A stretch of 64,000 nt of DNA from Dehalococcoidia bacterium (GTDB lineage: Bacteria; Chloroflexota; Dehalococcoidia; Lucifugimonadales; Lucifugimonadaceae), in contig JBBDMW010000023.1 in the NCBI GenBank assembly GCA_040878005.1, forward strand, positions 45,376 through 109,375, in the 5' to 3' direction. The notes beneath the pieces are model-generated. The model had not been told where the DNA came from, did not search any database, and worked only from the letters and a program-made list of their open reading frames with translations. Below are positions 46,601 through 55,722 of the stretch, piece after piece. The position numbers were made by a program, and so were the translations under genes. Position 1 is the first letter of the stretch. The number at the start of each line of letters is the position of its first letter.

Positions 46601-47690
46601 GCGTTCGCTTCGTGAGAGCCAGGCCCGGCTGCGGACGGTGTTGGCGAACGCGCCTGTGGCAGTAGCAGCCCTGGACTGCAACGGCGTGTGCACGCTCATG
46701 GATGGCCGTGGGCTGTCAATGTTCAATATGCCCGCGGACATGTTCGTCGGGAAGTCCATATTCGAATTCACAGGGAAGGCGCCGGAGGTGGAGGCGGGCC
46801 TGCGCCAGGCCTTGCGCGGCCTGCCCGCCCGTGCCGGCCTGAGACTCCTTGGGCGGTCGCTCGAAATGTGGTTGCAGCCTGTGCTTGAGACAGACGGAAC
46901 CGTGGGCGGCGTCATAGTGGTGGCCACGGATGTCACAGAGCGGATGCGGGCGGCATCAGCCAGGGCCGAGGTAAGGCAGCTTCAACTGACTGAGGAAGAG
47001 CGCACCCGCTTTATGAGCGCCGTTTCACATGAGTTGCGTACGCCCCTGACAAGCATCGTAGCGTTCACAGATATTCTTACGCGCAACAGCCATGGGAATC
47101 TGGAAGAGGCGCAGATCCAGCAGCTTAACGTGATTCAAAAGAATGCGGACAGGTTGAACGACCTCATCTCGGATCTCCTGGATCTGTCCAGGATGGAAGG
47201 CGGGAGCTTCACACTCAACACCACGTTGTTTGACGTGAAAGACCTGCTGGAAGAAATTGAGGTGACCTTTAAGCCTGTCCTTGGCGCACGTGACCAGGAT
47301 CTCAGGGTGCACCCTCCGGCGGAATCGTTGCTGCTCCGCGCTGACCCGGAGCGTATCACGCAGGTCCTGTCCAACCTTCTAAGCAACGCCTCGAAATACT
47401 CACCGGAAGGCACCACCGTCACCGTGACTGCAGCGGTGGAAAACGGCGACCTGGAGGTGACAGTGTCCGACGAAGGCCCCGGCATTCCGCCGCGGCTCCG
47501 CTCCATGGTGTTCAATGCGTTCTACCGCGTGGACAACGACCACACCCGATCCGTCCCCGGGACCGGCCTGGGGCTGGCAATTGTTCAACGCCTGGTGGAG
47601 CTGCATGGGGGCAAAGTATCACTGGACAGCAAGGCCGGCGGCGGCACCACGGTATCCTTCACAATCCCGGGCGTCCACGGGCGGACGTAA
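43641..47690 (+). CDS. Sensor histidine kinase: PAS, five GAF domains, PAS, HisKA, HATPase_c
   Basis: H-box 'FMSAVSHELRTPLTSIVAF', N-box 'QVLSNLLSNASKYSP', G-boxes 'VSDEGPGIP' and 'GTGLGLAIVQRLVELHGG'. Five upstream repeats each end in a 'QIAGA(L/F)xN' helix. No TM segment. The start could instead be ATG 43686. Confidence 0.9.
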   Translation: MAGGVGAARLLLHAPMTQRHASSHPNGSESEYEAILGIDDGGGVIFATREVEHVFGYPADSLAGTPLARILPGGLPVAGQRSGTWHADGSVVDGHISVTGKRIDGSPVHLTATLTRAGGDAPGVTILRLGVKRSDPSAPPSVVQPADRLTGLASMGTRSMAGASIQDLYDQAAELLRSGIGADCAAVLEYGDVPYINVFRAGAGWGLPPPVGSEVQADPRTSPASLNSPVVMPDLDAAGLPSLPDLFIRHGIAGLIAVAIRDGGGIHGSLAAYVQKPRQFSGDDVSFAQSISNVLSAALLRQRSERILRQESLERTATTDIARIVSTGPGLDAGFQNLAAGLSKIFEFDLATIHSVNISAGMITLSAAAGSVSSGWASGEARPLENTFEQQVLRHGRAVALGRSSPDRLEGAQATVAEWRSRGIRSLLAVPLVIAGSPAGLLIMGATRDDAYTHRDAVALERIVPMIAGAALVANCHESVPGESPVTSASSRPPRHVETATGQVDADSVLALIGRTFTSSMDVADFYEEFVAQARKLVPCDRLTLSRPGPEPATVEVLAVSGQETRELGPGSVLPVGSMADPLVATSLEPTLTDLEVAVSAGRPAAMWLYRAGLKSVLNAPVVRNGSIVGILSFFSFDPEPYGPGDMDLAERICAQIAGAFGNIQTYAITWAEAQERAVLAEIGRIVTSSLDVTQFHMQFAEQVRRLIPFDRIVLNGIDNETGNSELLFVAGEHVSDDPFVEPLELSEAGQPARQGEIRRGPANGSTPVGPSSVVAPVIWGDRVIGSLECQSFTSNAYSQQHLAAAQIVCAQIAGALANFELHRQLKRRALTTTVLASIGRTITASTDITEVYERFAGQVSELIPFDRLAISKIDAEQRLVTALYVHGTDSQDAAVGTEVKFDDFASPRLFSAREAFIVSAGLESAGGSRIYAPIVWRDRTVGCIEFSYMQKGAYTDEHRVVSERIAAQIAGAFMNAQLLAATAGAERSLRESQARLRTVLANAPVAVAALDCNGVCTLMDGRGLSMFNMPADMFVGKSIFEFTGKAPEVEAGLRQALRGLPARAGLRLLGRSLEMWLQPVLETDGTVGGVIVVATDVTERMRAASARAEVRQLQLTEEERTRFMSAVSHELRTPLTSIVAFTDILTRNSHGNLEEAQIQQLNVIQKNADRLNDLISDLLDLSRMEGGSFTLNTTLFDVKDLLEEIEVTFKPVLGARDQDLRVHPPAESLLLRADPERITQVLSNLLSNASKYSPEGTTVTVTAAVENGDLEVTVSDEGPGIPPRLRSMVFNAFYRVDNDHTRSVPGTGLGLAIVQRLVELHGGKVSLDSKAGGGTTVSFTIPGVHGRT

Positions 47691-47699
47691 GCTTCTCCG

Positions 47700-48851
47700 C
47701 TAGCGCTGCATGCGAACGTCTTCCATTCCAAATTCCCTGCGGAGCCTGAAGTACCTCATAAGCCCGTCACGGCTGACCATTCCGGTTACACCGGATTCAT
47801 CCACAACTACCACCTGGTTGATGTCATGCTCTGTCATGAGGTTGAGGGCCACATCTACTCCGTCATCAGGACCCAGCGTGTGAATGGGTGACCGTGTCAT
47901 CGCCGCTGCCACCGGAGTAGTGGCCCACTCCCCGGAATCAACGCGCCTGATATCCGTCAGGGAGATTATCCCGGCAAGCCGGCCGTTCTCAAGCACTGGC
48001 GCTGCGCGGATGCCGCGTTGGATCACAAACTCCTGGACAAAGTCAGCAAGTGACACGTTGGGGTTGACCGTGTCAGGCGCAGGCAGCATCGCGTCCCTGA
48101 CCCTGGCAGCAGAGGCAGCGGACATGGTCTCGTGCTGCTGCTTGCTGGCACCGGCCGCACCATTCAGGAACCAACCGATGAAGGCTATCCAGAGCCCGCC
48201 CAGCAGGTTGTCAGTAAAGAGGATTTGGAACACCCCGAGACCGATGAGTATCCAGCCGAATGCCTGGCCCACCGTCGCAGAAATTCGCGTGGCCCGTGTC
48301 AAGTTGTTCGTCGCCCCCCAGATCATGGACCGCAGCACGCGTCCGCCGTCCAGCGGGTAGCCCGGCAGCAGGTTGAACAGGCCAATCAGGATGTTCATGA
48401 AACCTACTGTGAGTACCACCGCAAGAGCAGTACTGGCGCTCTCAACCTGGTCCGGGCCGACGCCCACCCATACGAACAACAGGACGCCGCCGATTACCAG
48501 CGAGCTAAGCGGGCCGACGAAGGCGATCAGGAACTCGTCTTTGGCGCTCTTGGCCTCGCCTCCGATGTTGCTGACGCCACCGAAGATGAACAGGGTGATG
48601 CCATTCACAGGCAGCCCTTTCGCTACGGCCACAAAAGAGTGGGCCAGTTCATGGAGAAGTACCGATACGAAAAGCAGGAGGGACGCGATTATGCCCGCTG
48701 TCCAGTAGGCGCCAGAAGTCCACTCTGGAAACAACTGCGGGAACCAGCCCGAGGCGAGGGACCACGATATGAGGGCGAAGGCCAGGAGCCATGTGTAATG
48801 GACTCCTATGTCTATGCCGCCAATGCTGCCAAGTTTGAATGATGAGGTCAT
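47700..48851 (-). CDS. M50 (site-2 protease family) metalloprotease with a CBS-domain pair
   Basis: 'LLHELAHSFVA' (HExxH) in a TM helix, 'NLLPGYPLDGGRV', and C-terminal CBS-like repeats. ATG 48851 is preferred over GTG 48863, with GGAGG 11 nt upstream. Confidence 0.85.
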   Translation of the reverse strand: MTSSFKLGSIGGIDIGVHYTWLLAFALISWSLASGWFPQLFPEWTSGAYWTAGIIASLLLFVSVLLHELAHSFVAVAKGLPVNGITLFIFGGVSNIGGEAKSAKDEFLIAFVGPLSSLVIGGVLLFVWVGVGPDQVESASTALAVVLTVGFMNILIGLFNLLPGYPLDGGRVLRSMIWGATNNLTRATRISATVGQAFGWILIGLGVFQILFTDNLLGGLWIAFIGWFLNGAAGASKQQHETMSAASAARVRDAMLPAPDTVNPNVSLADFVQEFVIQRGIRAAPVLENGRLAGIISLTDIRRVDSGEWATTPVAAAMTRSPIHTLGPDDGVDVALNLMTEHDINQVVVVDESGVTGMVSRDGLMRYFRLRREFGMEDVRMQR

Positions 48852-48862
48852 CTGCTCACCCA

Positions 48863-48904
48863 CCTCCGGTCTACAAGCTGCTTAAGACCATGGTCTTCCG
48901 GAGG
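48863..48904 (-). promoter_or_regulatory. 5'-UTR hairpin that pairs with the putative Shine-Dalgarno of the M50 protease gene
   Basis: cctccgg (48863-48869) pairs with ccggagg (48898-48904). The loop contains the perfect 14-nt palindrome aagaccatggtctt (48884-48897). Confidence 0.4.
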
Positions 48905-49123
48905 CGGGCGCTGTGCGGGGTGATGAATGCGGAAGCCTCCTGCGCGAATGATAAGAGCAATGGCCGTGAAATGGTTGCCAAACTGATGAGAGCAGTATGT
49001 GTCGAAAGGGGAGTAACACGTGTAAATATACGGTTGCACCTGCCTTCATGGTCAGCGGCGGGTCTATCATGTGCCGGCGTCAACAAGCGTCCGTTTCAAA
49101 TTAACCACCGAGCCGCTTAGAGA

Positions 49124-50056
49124 GTGGACCCCATCAAAGCCGCCGCCGATTCCCTACGTGCCGCACGCGCAGCAGGTCTCCGCATCATAGAGCCAGGAGC
49201 GCCGGAACAGCGGCGTGTGCAGGTAAACGGCCTCTCGATCAGTTACCTGGACTGGGGCAACGCCCACCTGCCGCACCTGCTGCTGGTCCACGGCTTTGCA
49301 CAGCAGTCCCACTCCTGGGACTTTACGGCGCTGGCTTTGCGGCACAGGTTCCACATCTTGGCTTTGGATCTTCGTGGACACGGTGATAGTGCACACGCCC
49401 CGGACGGCGACTACTCCCTGGATTCTTACCTTGGGGACATGGAAAGCTTCGTTGACGCCCTGGAGCTGCGCGGGGTTGTCCTGTGCGGACTGTCGCTTGG
49501 AGGGCACATCTCATACATGTACGCTGCCCGTCGGCCCGAGTGTGTCAGAGCGCTGGCACTGGTTGAGGCAGCGCCTGAAACCTGTAACCAAGGTAACGAG
49601 TCAATCTCCCGCTTTACGGCGGGAGCAACTGAGTTCAGTTCTTTCGATGATATGGTCCAGCGCGTCATGGCGTACAGCCCGCACAGGACCGAGGAACAGG
49701 TGCGGGGCGCCCTGGTCTATTCTGTGAAACTACTTCCAGGTGGCAGCTGGACATGGAAATATGACCCGCGGATCAGGGATGCCCGGCTCTCGGGATACCC
49801 CCGCCAGGCGCTCTGGGATGCCATCGCAGCCATAAGCTGCCCCACGCTGTTCGTGACTGGCGCCGAGAGCGACATGATAACCGGGGGGACTGTAGACCGA
49901 ATGGTCTCTGCTGTGCGGGGCAGCACGTCGGTGGTCGTGCCACGCGCTGGACATCGCGTGCCTGGAGACAACCCTGCCGGGTTCCTCGCAGTTTTTTCAC
50001 GCTTTGCAGACAGTCTGCCGGTACGGGTGGACGGAGGGATCCCGCACGAAGATTAA
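49124..50056 (+). CDS. Alpha/beta hydrolase
   Basis: GTG start. 'LLLVHGFAQQSHSWD', 'LDLRGHGDS', the nucleophile elbow 'GLSLGG', and a late 'GHRVPGDNP'. Confidence 0.8.
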   Translation: MDPIKAAADSLRAARAAGLRIIEPGAPEQRRVQVNGLSISYLDWGNAHLPHLLLVHGFAQQSHSWDFTALALRHRFHILALDLRGHGDSAHAPDGDYSLDSYLGDMESFVDALELRGVVLCGLSLGGHISYMYAARRPECVRALALVEAAPETCNQGNESISRFTAGATEFSSFDDMVQRVMAYSPHRTEEQVRGALVYSVKLLPGGSWTWKYDPRIRDARLSGYPRQALWDAIAAISCPTLFVTGAESDMITGGTVDRMVSAVRGSTSVVVPRAGHRVPGDNPAGFLAVFSRFADSLPVRVDGGIPHED

Positions 50057-51410
50057 GCCAGGCAACATCTTCTATGGCTGGTGGATCGTCGCTGCGGGCG
50101 GCGCGGTTCAGCTTTACACCTCCGCAGTCTTCTGGCGGGGCTTCGCTGTCTTCTTCGGCCCCATTGTCGAAACGTTTGGATGGAGCCGTGGCGCCACGGC
50201 CGCAGCCGTATCCCTGCAACGCGTCGAAGGCGGAATGATCTCTCCATTTGTGGGGACGCTGATCGACCGCTATGGACCCAGGAAAGTCATGGCGTTCGGG
50301 GTCACAATGACTGGCAGCGGGTTCATCATGATGAGCTTCGTGCAATCGCTGTGGCAGTTCTACCTTGCGGTGATCGTTCTCACTGTTGGCATGTCGTTCG
50401 GCACGTTCATCGTTTTCGTGGTCACCGTGGGCAACTGGTTCATTCGGAGACGGGCACGGGCGCTTGCAGTGCTCATGTCTACCTCCGCCATCGGCGGCAT
50501 CACCATCCCATTGCTCAGTGCGTCAGTGGACTGGTTTGGATGGCGGCAGGTCATCTTTGCTGTGGGCATAGGGTTTTGGGTGGTCGGCTTCCCCGCCATG
50601 CTCGCAATGAGGCGGCGGCCCGAGGAATACGGGATGCTGCCGGACGGGGACGCACCCAGTACAGAAGGCGATGTTCCAGGTGATCCATCCGCCCGTCACC
50701 ACAGGCCACAACGCGAGGCGTCCATAACGGCCCGTGAGGCTCTAAAGATGCGGTTCTTCTGGCAGCTTGCCATTGCGGCCAGCCTAGGGCAGCTTGTCAG
50801 CTCCACCAACCTGCTCCACGTGGATGCGCTGACAGACTTTGGCGTGGGTGGAATCCTGGCGGCCTCCGCGGTCGGAGTTGTGGCAGTGGGCGATCTTCTG
50901 GGTCGTGTCGGGGTCGGTATCTTTGGCGACCGGCTCAACAAGCGTTACCTCTTGGCCGGAGCCTTTTCCGTGCAGACCTTGGGTGTGGTTGCGCTCCCCC
51001 TGGTTAACGCGGAGGTGATGGGAATCTCACTTGGCCTGTTGCCTCTGCCGGTGTTCGTGGCCTGTTTTGGCCTGGGGTTCGGTGCATCGATACCGCTCCG
51101 GCTGGCCATCCTGGCGGACTACTTTGGGCGGCGCAGTTACGGCTCCATCGTGGGCATAACCAGCACGGTCAGCGCCGGGTTCGCCGCCGCAGGGCCATTG
51201 TTCGCCGGCGTGATGTTTGACCTGACCGGCACGTACAGGGTCGCATTCCTGGTGCTGGGCGCATTGCTCGTGACGGCCGTCCCAATGACGATATTGCTTG
51301 AGAGCCAGGGCAGGGTGGCAGCGCAGGCGAGACGCGCCATTCGGCGGAGCCGGCTCGGTGCCGGAGGTTCGGCGTCGGCCATGGAGCAGGAGCCGCCGCT
51401 GCAGCACTGA
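50004..51410 (+). CDS. MFS transporter (oxalate/formate-antiporter-like)
   Basis: About 12 TM segments and the motif-A-like 'GTLIDRYGPRKVM'. The only canonical in-frame start is ATG 50004, giving a 53-nt overlap with the upstream hydrolase. Confidence 0.75.
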   Translation: MQTVCRYGWTEGSRTKIKPGNIFYGWWIVAAGGAVQLYTSAVFWRGFAVFFGPIVETFGWSRGATAAAVSLQRVEGGMISPFVGTLIDRYGPRKVMAFGVTMTGSGFIMMSFVQSLWQFYLAVIVLTVGMSFGTFIVFVVTVGNWFIRRRARALAVLMSTSAIGGITIPLLSASVDWFGWRQVIFAVGIGFWVVGFPAMLAMRRRPEEYGMLPDGDAPSTEGDVPGDPSARHHRPQREASITAREALKMRFFWQLAIAASLGQLVSSTNLLHVDALTDFGVGGILAASAVGVVAVGDLLGRVGVGIFGDRLNKRYLLAGAFSVQTLGVVALPLVNAEVMGISLGLLPLPVFVACFGLGFGASIPLRLAILADYFGRRSYGSIVGITSTVSAGFAAAGPLFAGVMFDLTGTYRVAFLVLGALLVTAVPMTILLESQGRVAAQARRAIRRSRLGAGGSASAMEQEPPLQH

Positions 51411-51442
51411 CCGGTCTACGGCAGGGCATTAACGGCCTGCCT

Positions 51443-54400
51443 TTACGGCAGCAAGGTCCCAAGGTCCGGCAAAACTGTGGGTGCCGGAGTTTCTGTCACT
51501 TCCACTTCTGGAGACTCGTTTTCGTCATCCTGCGGCGAATCTTCGTCCGGCTCGCCAGGCTCTACAGCAACCGCCTCATAGAGCAGGCCCTCCGCATCAT
51601 TGGAACTCTCTTCGAAAAGCGGATTGCCTTCAAGAGCGCTGATTTCATCCGTCTCTAAGAATCTGTCTAACAGGGAACGCTCAATCAGTCTCACCCGGAG
51701 CATGATGTCTGCACCTGCCGTGAATTCCCCTGTCATGGAGCCGGGGACAATGATTATGCGGTCACCCGACTTGATCACTTGCTCACTGATCTCATCCACG
51801 TGAATCGAGATGGTCTCAAGCGCTCCACCGGTAGGCCCTGGTGTGGCCGTCGATGTCGGCTGTCCCGGAGGAACCGTGGGCCGTGATGGACCTCGTGGGG
51901 TCGGAACAACCCGTTCGTCGCTTACCTCTACCGATACCGCGACGAGTCTGCTCCCGCCTTCGCGCTTGAGCACGGCCACAGCCTCGTATCCCGCGGCAGG
52001 GGAACCGGATATAACCGTGTCGCGGGTGATCTGGAACCTGATTCCATCCACAGTAACAATGTTTCCTGTCACTGCCTCGATCACTCCTTTCACGCGGAAC
52101 AGGGCCTCGTCATTCTCTTCACCAGACCCATCCGTTGGAGATACGGGCCGCACATCGCCCGGCCTGGTGGAGGGATTCGTGTCGGGACGACCTGCCACGC
52201 TTATGGTGATTGCAGTGAACACGCCGCCTGAGTCTGCCTGGAGCGAGGCCTTGGCAACCAGCCCGGGAGCCGGGGCTTCGCCAAAGATCTGTGGCCTGTC
52301 GCTCACAATGAACCTGCGTCCGCCGATAACCCAGGTGTCGCCTTCAATGCTTTCAATCACACCGGCCACGGACGTTTCCACCGTAGATGGGCTACGTGAG
52401 TCGCCGGGTGCATCAACCGATGATGGCCTGCTGCGGGGAGGATCATGGCGTTGGCTGTACAGGGTGAGGGTTATGGCTTCCCCGGTGTCACTGCTCCCTG
52501 GCTCCCCAACGTACACCGCAAGAGAAACGATATCTCCAGGCTCCACGCCTTCGAGCGTGTGGATTGCCCGGCCGTCCAGGGTAATGTCCGTACCTGTGGC
52601 ATTGTCGCTGGCTGCCGTGCTTCGGGCTGCCACGTCACGGTGGACTATCCGCAGTTCAACGCTCCGGCCTTCTCCGGCGTCAACCGCCAAGATGGAATCT
52701 GCCGGGTCCACTCTTCCCACCGTGCCTCGTATGCGCTCAAGGGTGGGGGAACTTACGGATAGGCGGAGTATCTCGCCGGTGCTGGTTGTGTACGTGGCGA
52801 GTTCCACTATATCGCCGGGTTGAATCGATTCCAGGGACCGGATCTGCTGGTCATTCTTGAACATGGATGCCCGGGCAGAAGCTTCCGGGGCAACCAGTTC
52901 CACCAGCGCTCCATCGTTTGTATCGACCGCCAACGTTCCGTCCGCATGGTCAACCCTGGCTACCAGTCCTCGAACAGTCTCAACTTCTGCAACACCAACG
53001 ATGATGCGTGTCGCCACGTTGATCACCTGGCCGTCTCTCTGCTCGGTCGTGTACTCACCGGAAGTGATCCTTGCACCCACGGTTAGGTCACCAAAGCTGG
53101 CGTTGTCGTCTGTGCCGGGCACCGTGATGAGAGTTTCATCTGTAGCAGTAAGTTTCAGCGTTCTGGCATCGCGTGAAGTGTTGACGGTGATGCGCTGCGT
53201 GTCATCGTTGACACGGCGGATCACCCCGGAGAACCTGATGTCACGCGGCGAATGCACCACCAGCCGGTGGATTTCCTGCGTGCGTTGATTCAGGCGTGTG
53301 GCATCCAGTACCAGGTCGCCGGCCTGGAGGTCAGCGAATGACGCTCCAGATCCGTTTTTCGTAATGGCTGCATCATCGGCAACCGTGGCTCTTACCACTG
53401 CGCCCCGTCGGGGCGCGATGGCCAGGGTGCGAGTTTCGGCATCTATATCCCGGATCACGCCGGATAGATGAGTCTCGTCAGGGTCAACACTGGTGCGGGC
53501 GCTGATGCTGACAGCATTGCCGCCAATGTCATTGCCGTCAGCGGTTTCAGATGTGTCGTCCTGCGCTGCGAGCCTGAGTTCAGCATTCTGTCCTGCCGCC
53601 AGGTCTTCTATGGCGGCATCCCTGCCGTTGACCGTAATGGTGGTATCAACGGTCACCCGGGCCACGATCTTTCGGCCGCCTGTGTTCGCAACGATGATGG
53701 CGCCAATCCCAGACTCGGAATCGGGAGTCTGCTCGACCAGTGTGATCGTGCCCGTGAACATAGACCGGCCGTGTGCGTCCAGCGCGTCCTGCAGGGCGGC
53801 CGAAAGCTCCGGTGGCAGTATGTTGACAACGAGCGCCAGCGGATCACCGCGGGAAGACCGGTATTCCACGGTTACGGCATCACCGGGCTCCATGCCGGCA
53901 ACGACTTCAGTAAACGGGGCCCTGCTTCGCTCCTCGCTAGATTCCTCGCCCGCCTTGAACACGGCCATCGTGTCTTCGTTATATGTAAACGAAAACTCTT
54001 CGCCTGCGCTCGTCAGGATTACAAATCGCTCATTGTCGACACTGCGCAACGTGCCGTTGATGTGCAGCCGGGGTGGAGCTTCCTCCCGTTCAACCGCCTC
54101 TTCCTCGTATCGCTCCTGGAGCTCCTCGAACTTGGCGGTGACTTCATTGAACCGTTGCTCAGCCTTCGCCCGCGCTTCCGGTGCTTCAAAAATGGCCTGG
54201 CGTGCGCGATCCAGCGCCCGGCGCGCCGCCTCGACGGCGCTCAGGTGCTGGTTGCGCGCTTCCTCCGCAATCTCCTTGAGACGCTCCCTGTCCTGCGCAT
54301 CATCAGCGCGGTCAGCCGCTTCCCGAATGCGCTCCACGGTGTCAGCAGTGGGTTCCAGGGCCTTTGCCGTAAGGCTTCCAGAGAGCCGATTGAGTTCTGC

Positions 54401-55051
54401 CACTGCAGTCAGGGCTTCGCCTGGTTCTGGCATCTCGACGCCTGTTGGCACGTGAACGCTTACAGTGCTGCCGTCGCGCCTCTGGATAGTGATCTCTCGG
54501 CCTTCAACCTCGACTACTACGCCAACAATGTGCTTGGTGACCGTCTTGGATTCCTGGGGAATGATGAGAATCTGCTCCCCAACCAGCGCCCCGTCATCCT
54601 GCCGGATGGCTGTTGCCACAACTCGGTCGCCGTTAACAACATCATCAAGCGTGACCTCATCAGAGCCGATGCGAATAGTCGTGTCATTGCCTACGACCAG
54701 TTGCACCACGCCCCCGTCAGTAGTGACGGCCATTGAGCTTCCATGAGAAACCTCTAGAACTGTGCCGAACACAGCCTCGATCTCGCCCATTCCCTGTGCA
54801 CTCGCCCTGCCTGTGACTGCTGGAGCAAGGACTGCTAGCAGCACCAATGCCGCGAGTATGGAAATAATTCTGCGGCCGCCTGGCCATGCAAGCCACGGCG
54901 ATGGGTCGCCCCCATTGAATTTCATGATTCTCTGTGCCCTTAGAGTTACGCCGGGCCGTCCACCCGTTGTGCGTCTCGTCCAGTCAAATCTTCCGCCCCA
55001 TGCCGTTACACCAGTGTTACCTGTTAACGTTCCCGTGGGTCTCGCGCCCAT
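51443..55051 (-). CDS. Giant secreted or cell-surface protein: signal/anchor, at least 10 small beta-rich repeats (DUF5666-like from memory), one coiled coil, acidic tail
   Basis: Signal-like 'GGRRIISILAALVLLAVLAPAVTGRASA/QG'. Recurrent module of the form 'G-V-x-x-V...TxIxxxG...L..GD.V.V'. Charged coiled-coil 'DRERLKEIAEEARNQH...KFEELQERYEEEA'. ATGA overlap with the upstream lipoprotein gene. Alternative start at ATG 54925. Confidence 0.75.
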   Translation of the reverse strand: MGARPTGTLTGNTGVTAWGGRFDWTRRTTGGRPGVTLRAQRIMKFNGGDPSPWLAWPGGRRIISILAALVLLAVLAPAVTGRASAQGMGEIEAVFGTVLEVSHGSSMAVTTDGGVVQLVVGNDTTIRIGSDEVTLDDVVNGDRVVATAIRQDDGALVGEQILIIPQESKTVTKHIVGVVVEVEGREITIQRRDGSTVSVHVPTGVEMPEPGEALTAVAELNRLSGSLTAKALEPTADTVERIREAADRADDAQDRERLKEIAEEARNQHLSAVEAARRALDRARQAIFEAPEARAKAEQRFNEVTAKFEELQERYEEEAVEREEAPPRLHINGTLRSVDNERFVILTSAGEEFSFTYNEDTMAVFKAGEESSEERSRAPFTEVVAGMEPGDAVTVEYRSSRGDPLALVVNILPPELSAALQDALDAHGRSMFTGTITLVEQTPDSESGIGAIIVANTGGRKIVARVTVDTTITVNGRDAAIEDLAAGQNAELRLAAQDDTSETADGNDIGGNAVSISARTSVDPDETHLSGVIRDIDAETRTLAIAPRRGAVVRATVADDAAITKNGSGASFADLQAGDLVLDATRLNQRTQEIHRLVVHSPRDIRFSGVIRRVNDDTQRITVNTSRDARTLKLTATDETLITVPGTDDNASFGDLTVGARITSGEYTTEQRDGQVINVATRIIVGVAEVETVRGLVARVDHADGTLAVDTNDGALVELVAPEASARASMFKNDQQIRSLESIQPGDIVELATYTTSTGEILRLSVSSPTLERIRGTVGRVDPADSILAVDAGEGRSVELRIVHRDVAARSTAASDNATGTDITLDGRAIHTLEGVEPGDIVSLAVYVGEPGSSDTGEAITLTLYSQRHDPPRSRPSSVDAPGDSRSPSTVETSVAGVIESIEGDTWVIGGRRFIVSDRPQIFGEAPAPGLVAKASLQADSGGVFTAITISVAGRPDTNPSTRPGDVRPVSPTDGSGEENDEALFRVKGVIEAVTGNIVTVDGIRFQITRDTVISGSPAAGYEAVAVLKREGGSRLVAVSVEVSDERVVPTPRGPSRPTVPPGQPTSTATPGPTGGALETISIHVDEISEQVIKSGDRIIIVPGSMTGEFTAGADIMLRVRLIERSLLDRFLETDEISALEGNPLFEESSNDAEGLLYEAVAVEPGEPDEDSPQDDENESPEVEVTETPAPTVLPDLGTLLP

Positions 55052-55602
55052 CAGGACGTCCCCTCGGGTAGCGAAACCACGGCAAGGAGCCTGCTCTCTT
55101 CATTGCCTTCCAGGTCACTGGCCACCACATTGATTTCATTCGGTCCCGGCACCAGGGAGAGTTGAACTTCAAAGTACCCATCGGCGTCCACCGGGACGAT
55201 AACGCCGTTGATGCTCACGATTGCGTCAGCGCTGGTGCGCCCCCGGGCTGTAACAGAGTCGCCCCGGACCACGCTATCCTCTGACAGCCCCTCGATCTCC
55301 AGGAACAGCCCAAAACTCTGGACGACCCTTGTTGGAGTCGGGGGGACCACTGTGGGCGTGTTGGTTGGGACGGGTGATGTGGCCGTGGGAGATGGCGTGA
55401 GGCCGGAGCCTGGTGTGGATGTCGCCGCCGGGGTTGCAGGCTCCGTAGTAGGTGTGGCGGAAGGTTCGACTGTGGCGGATGGCGTGGCGGTGGGGTCTGG
55501 CGTTCCGGTGGGAGGGATGCGGGGCGTGCTTTGAACGCAGGCTGTCAGTGACAGCACTCCTGCCACGGCAAGCCATATGACAAGGCCATGCCACCGCGTC
55601 AT
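55051..55602 (-). CDS. Lipoprotein with a long Pro/Thr linker and a C-terminal Ig-like domain
   Basis: Lipobox 'VLSLTAC', about 70 aa of PT-rich linker, then 'VTARGRTSADAIVSINGVIVPVDADGYFEVQLSLVPGPNEINVVASD'. Confidence 0.75.
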   Translation of the reverse strand: MTRWHGLVIWLAVAGVLSLTACVQSTPRIPPTGTPDPTATPSATVEPSATPTTEPATPAATSTPGSGLTPSPTATSPVPTNTPTVVPPTPTRVVQSFGLFLEIEGLSEDSVVRGDSVTARGRTSADAIVSINGVIVPVDADGYFEVQLSLVPGPNEINVVASDLEGNEESRLLAVVSLPEGTS

Positions 55603-55722
55603 TCGTTGTTCCCCTGGTTCAAAGCAGGATGGTTGTCGTTTGGCGAATAATGCCAGCCGCGTACGTCGCATTCCGCCAGCGCGCGACCTGCAGGAATTAC
55701 GGTTCCGCACCTGATACTACGA

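Noticed and set aside
55012-55051. C-terminal 'LPDLG' of the giant repeat protein (actually at the 51443 end), and the possibility of a sortase LPxTG anchor.
   Set aside because: The motif is LPDLG rather than LPxTG, and no hydrophobic segment or positively charged tail follows it.
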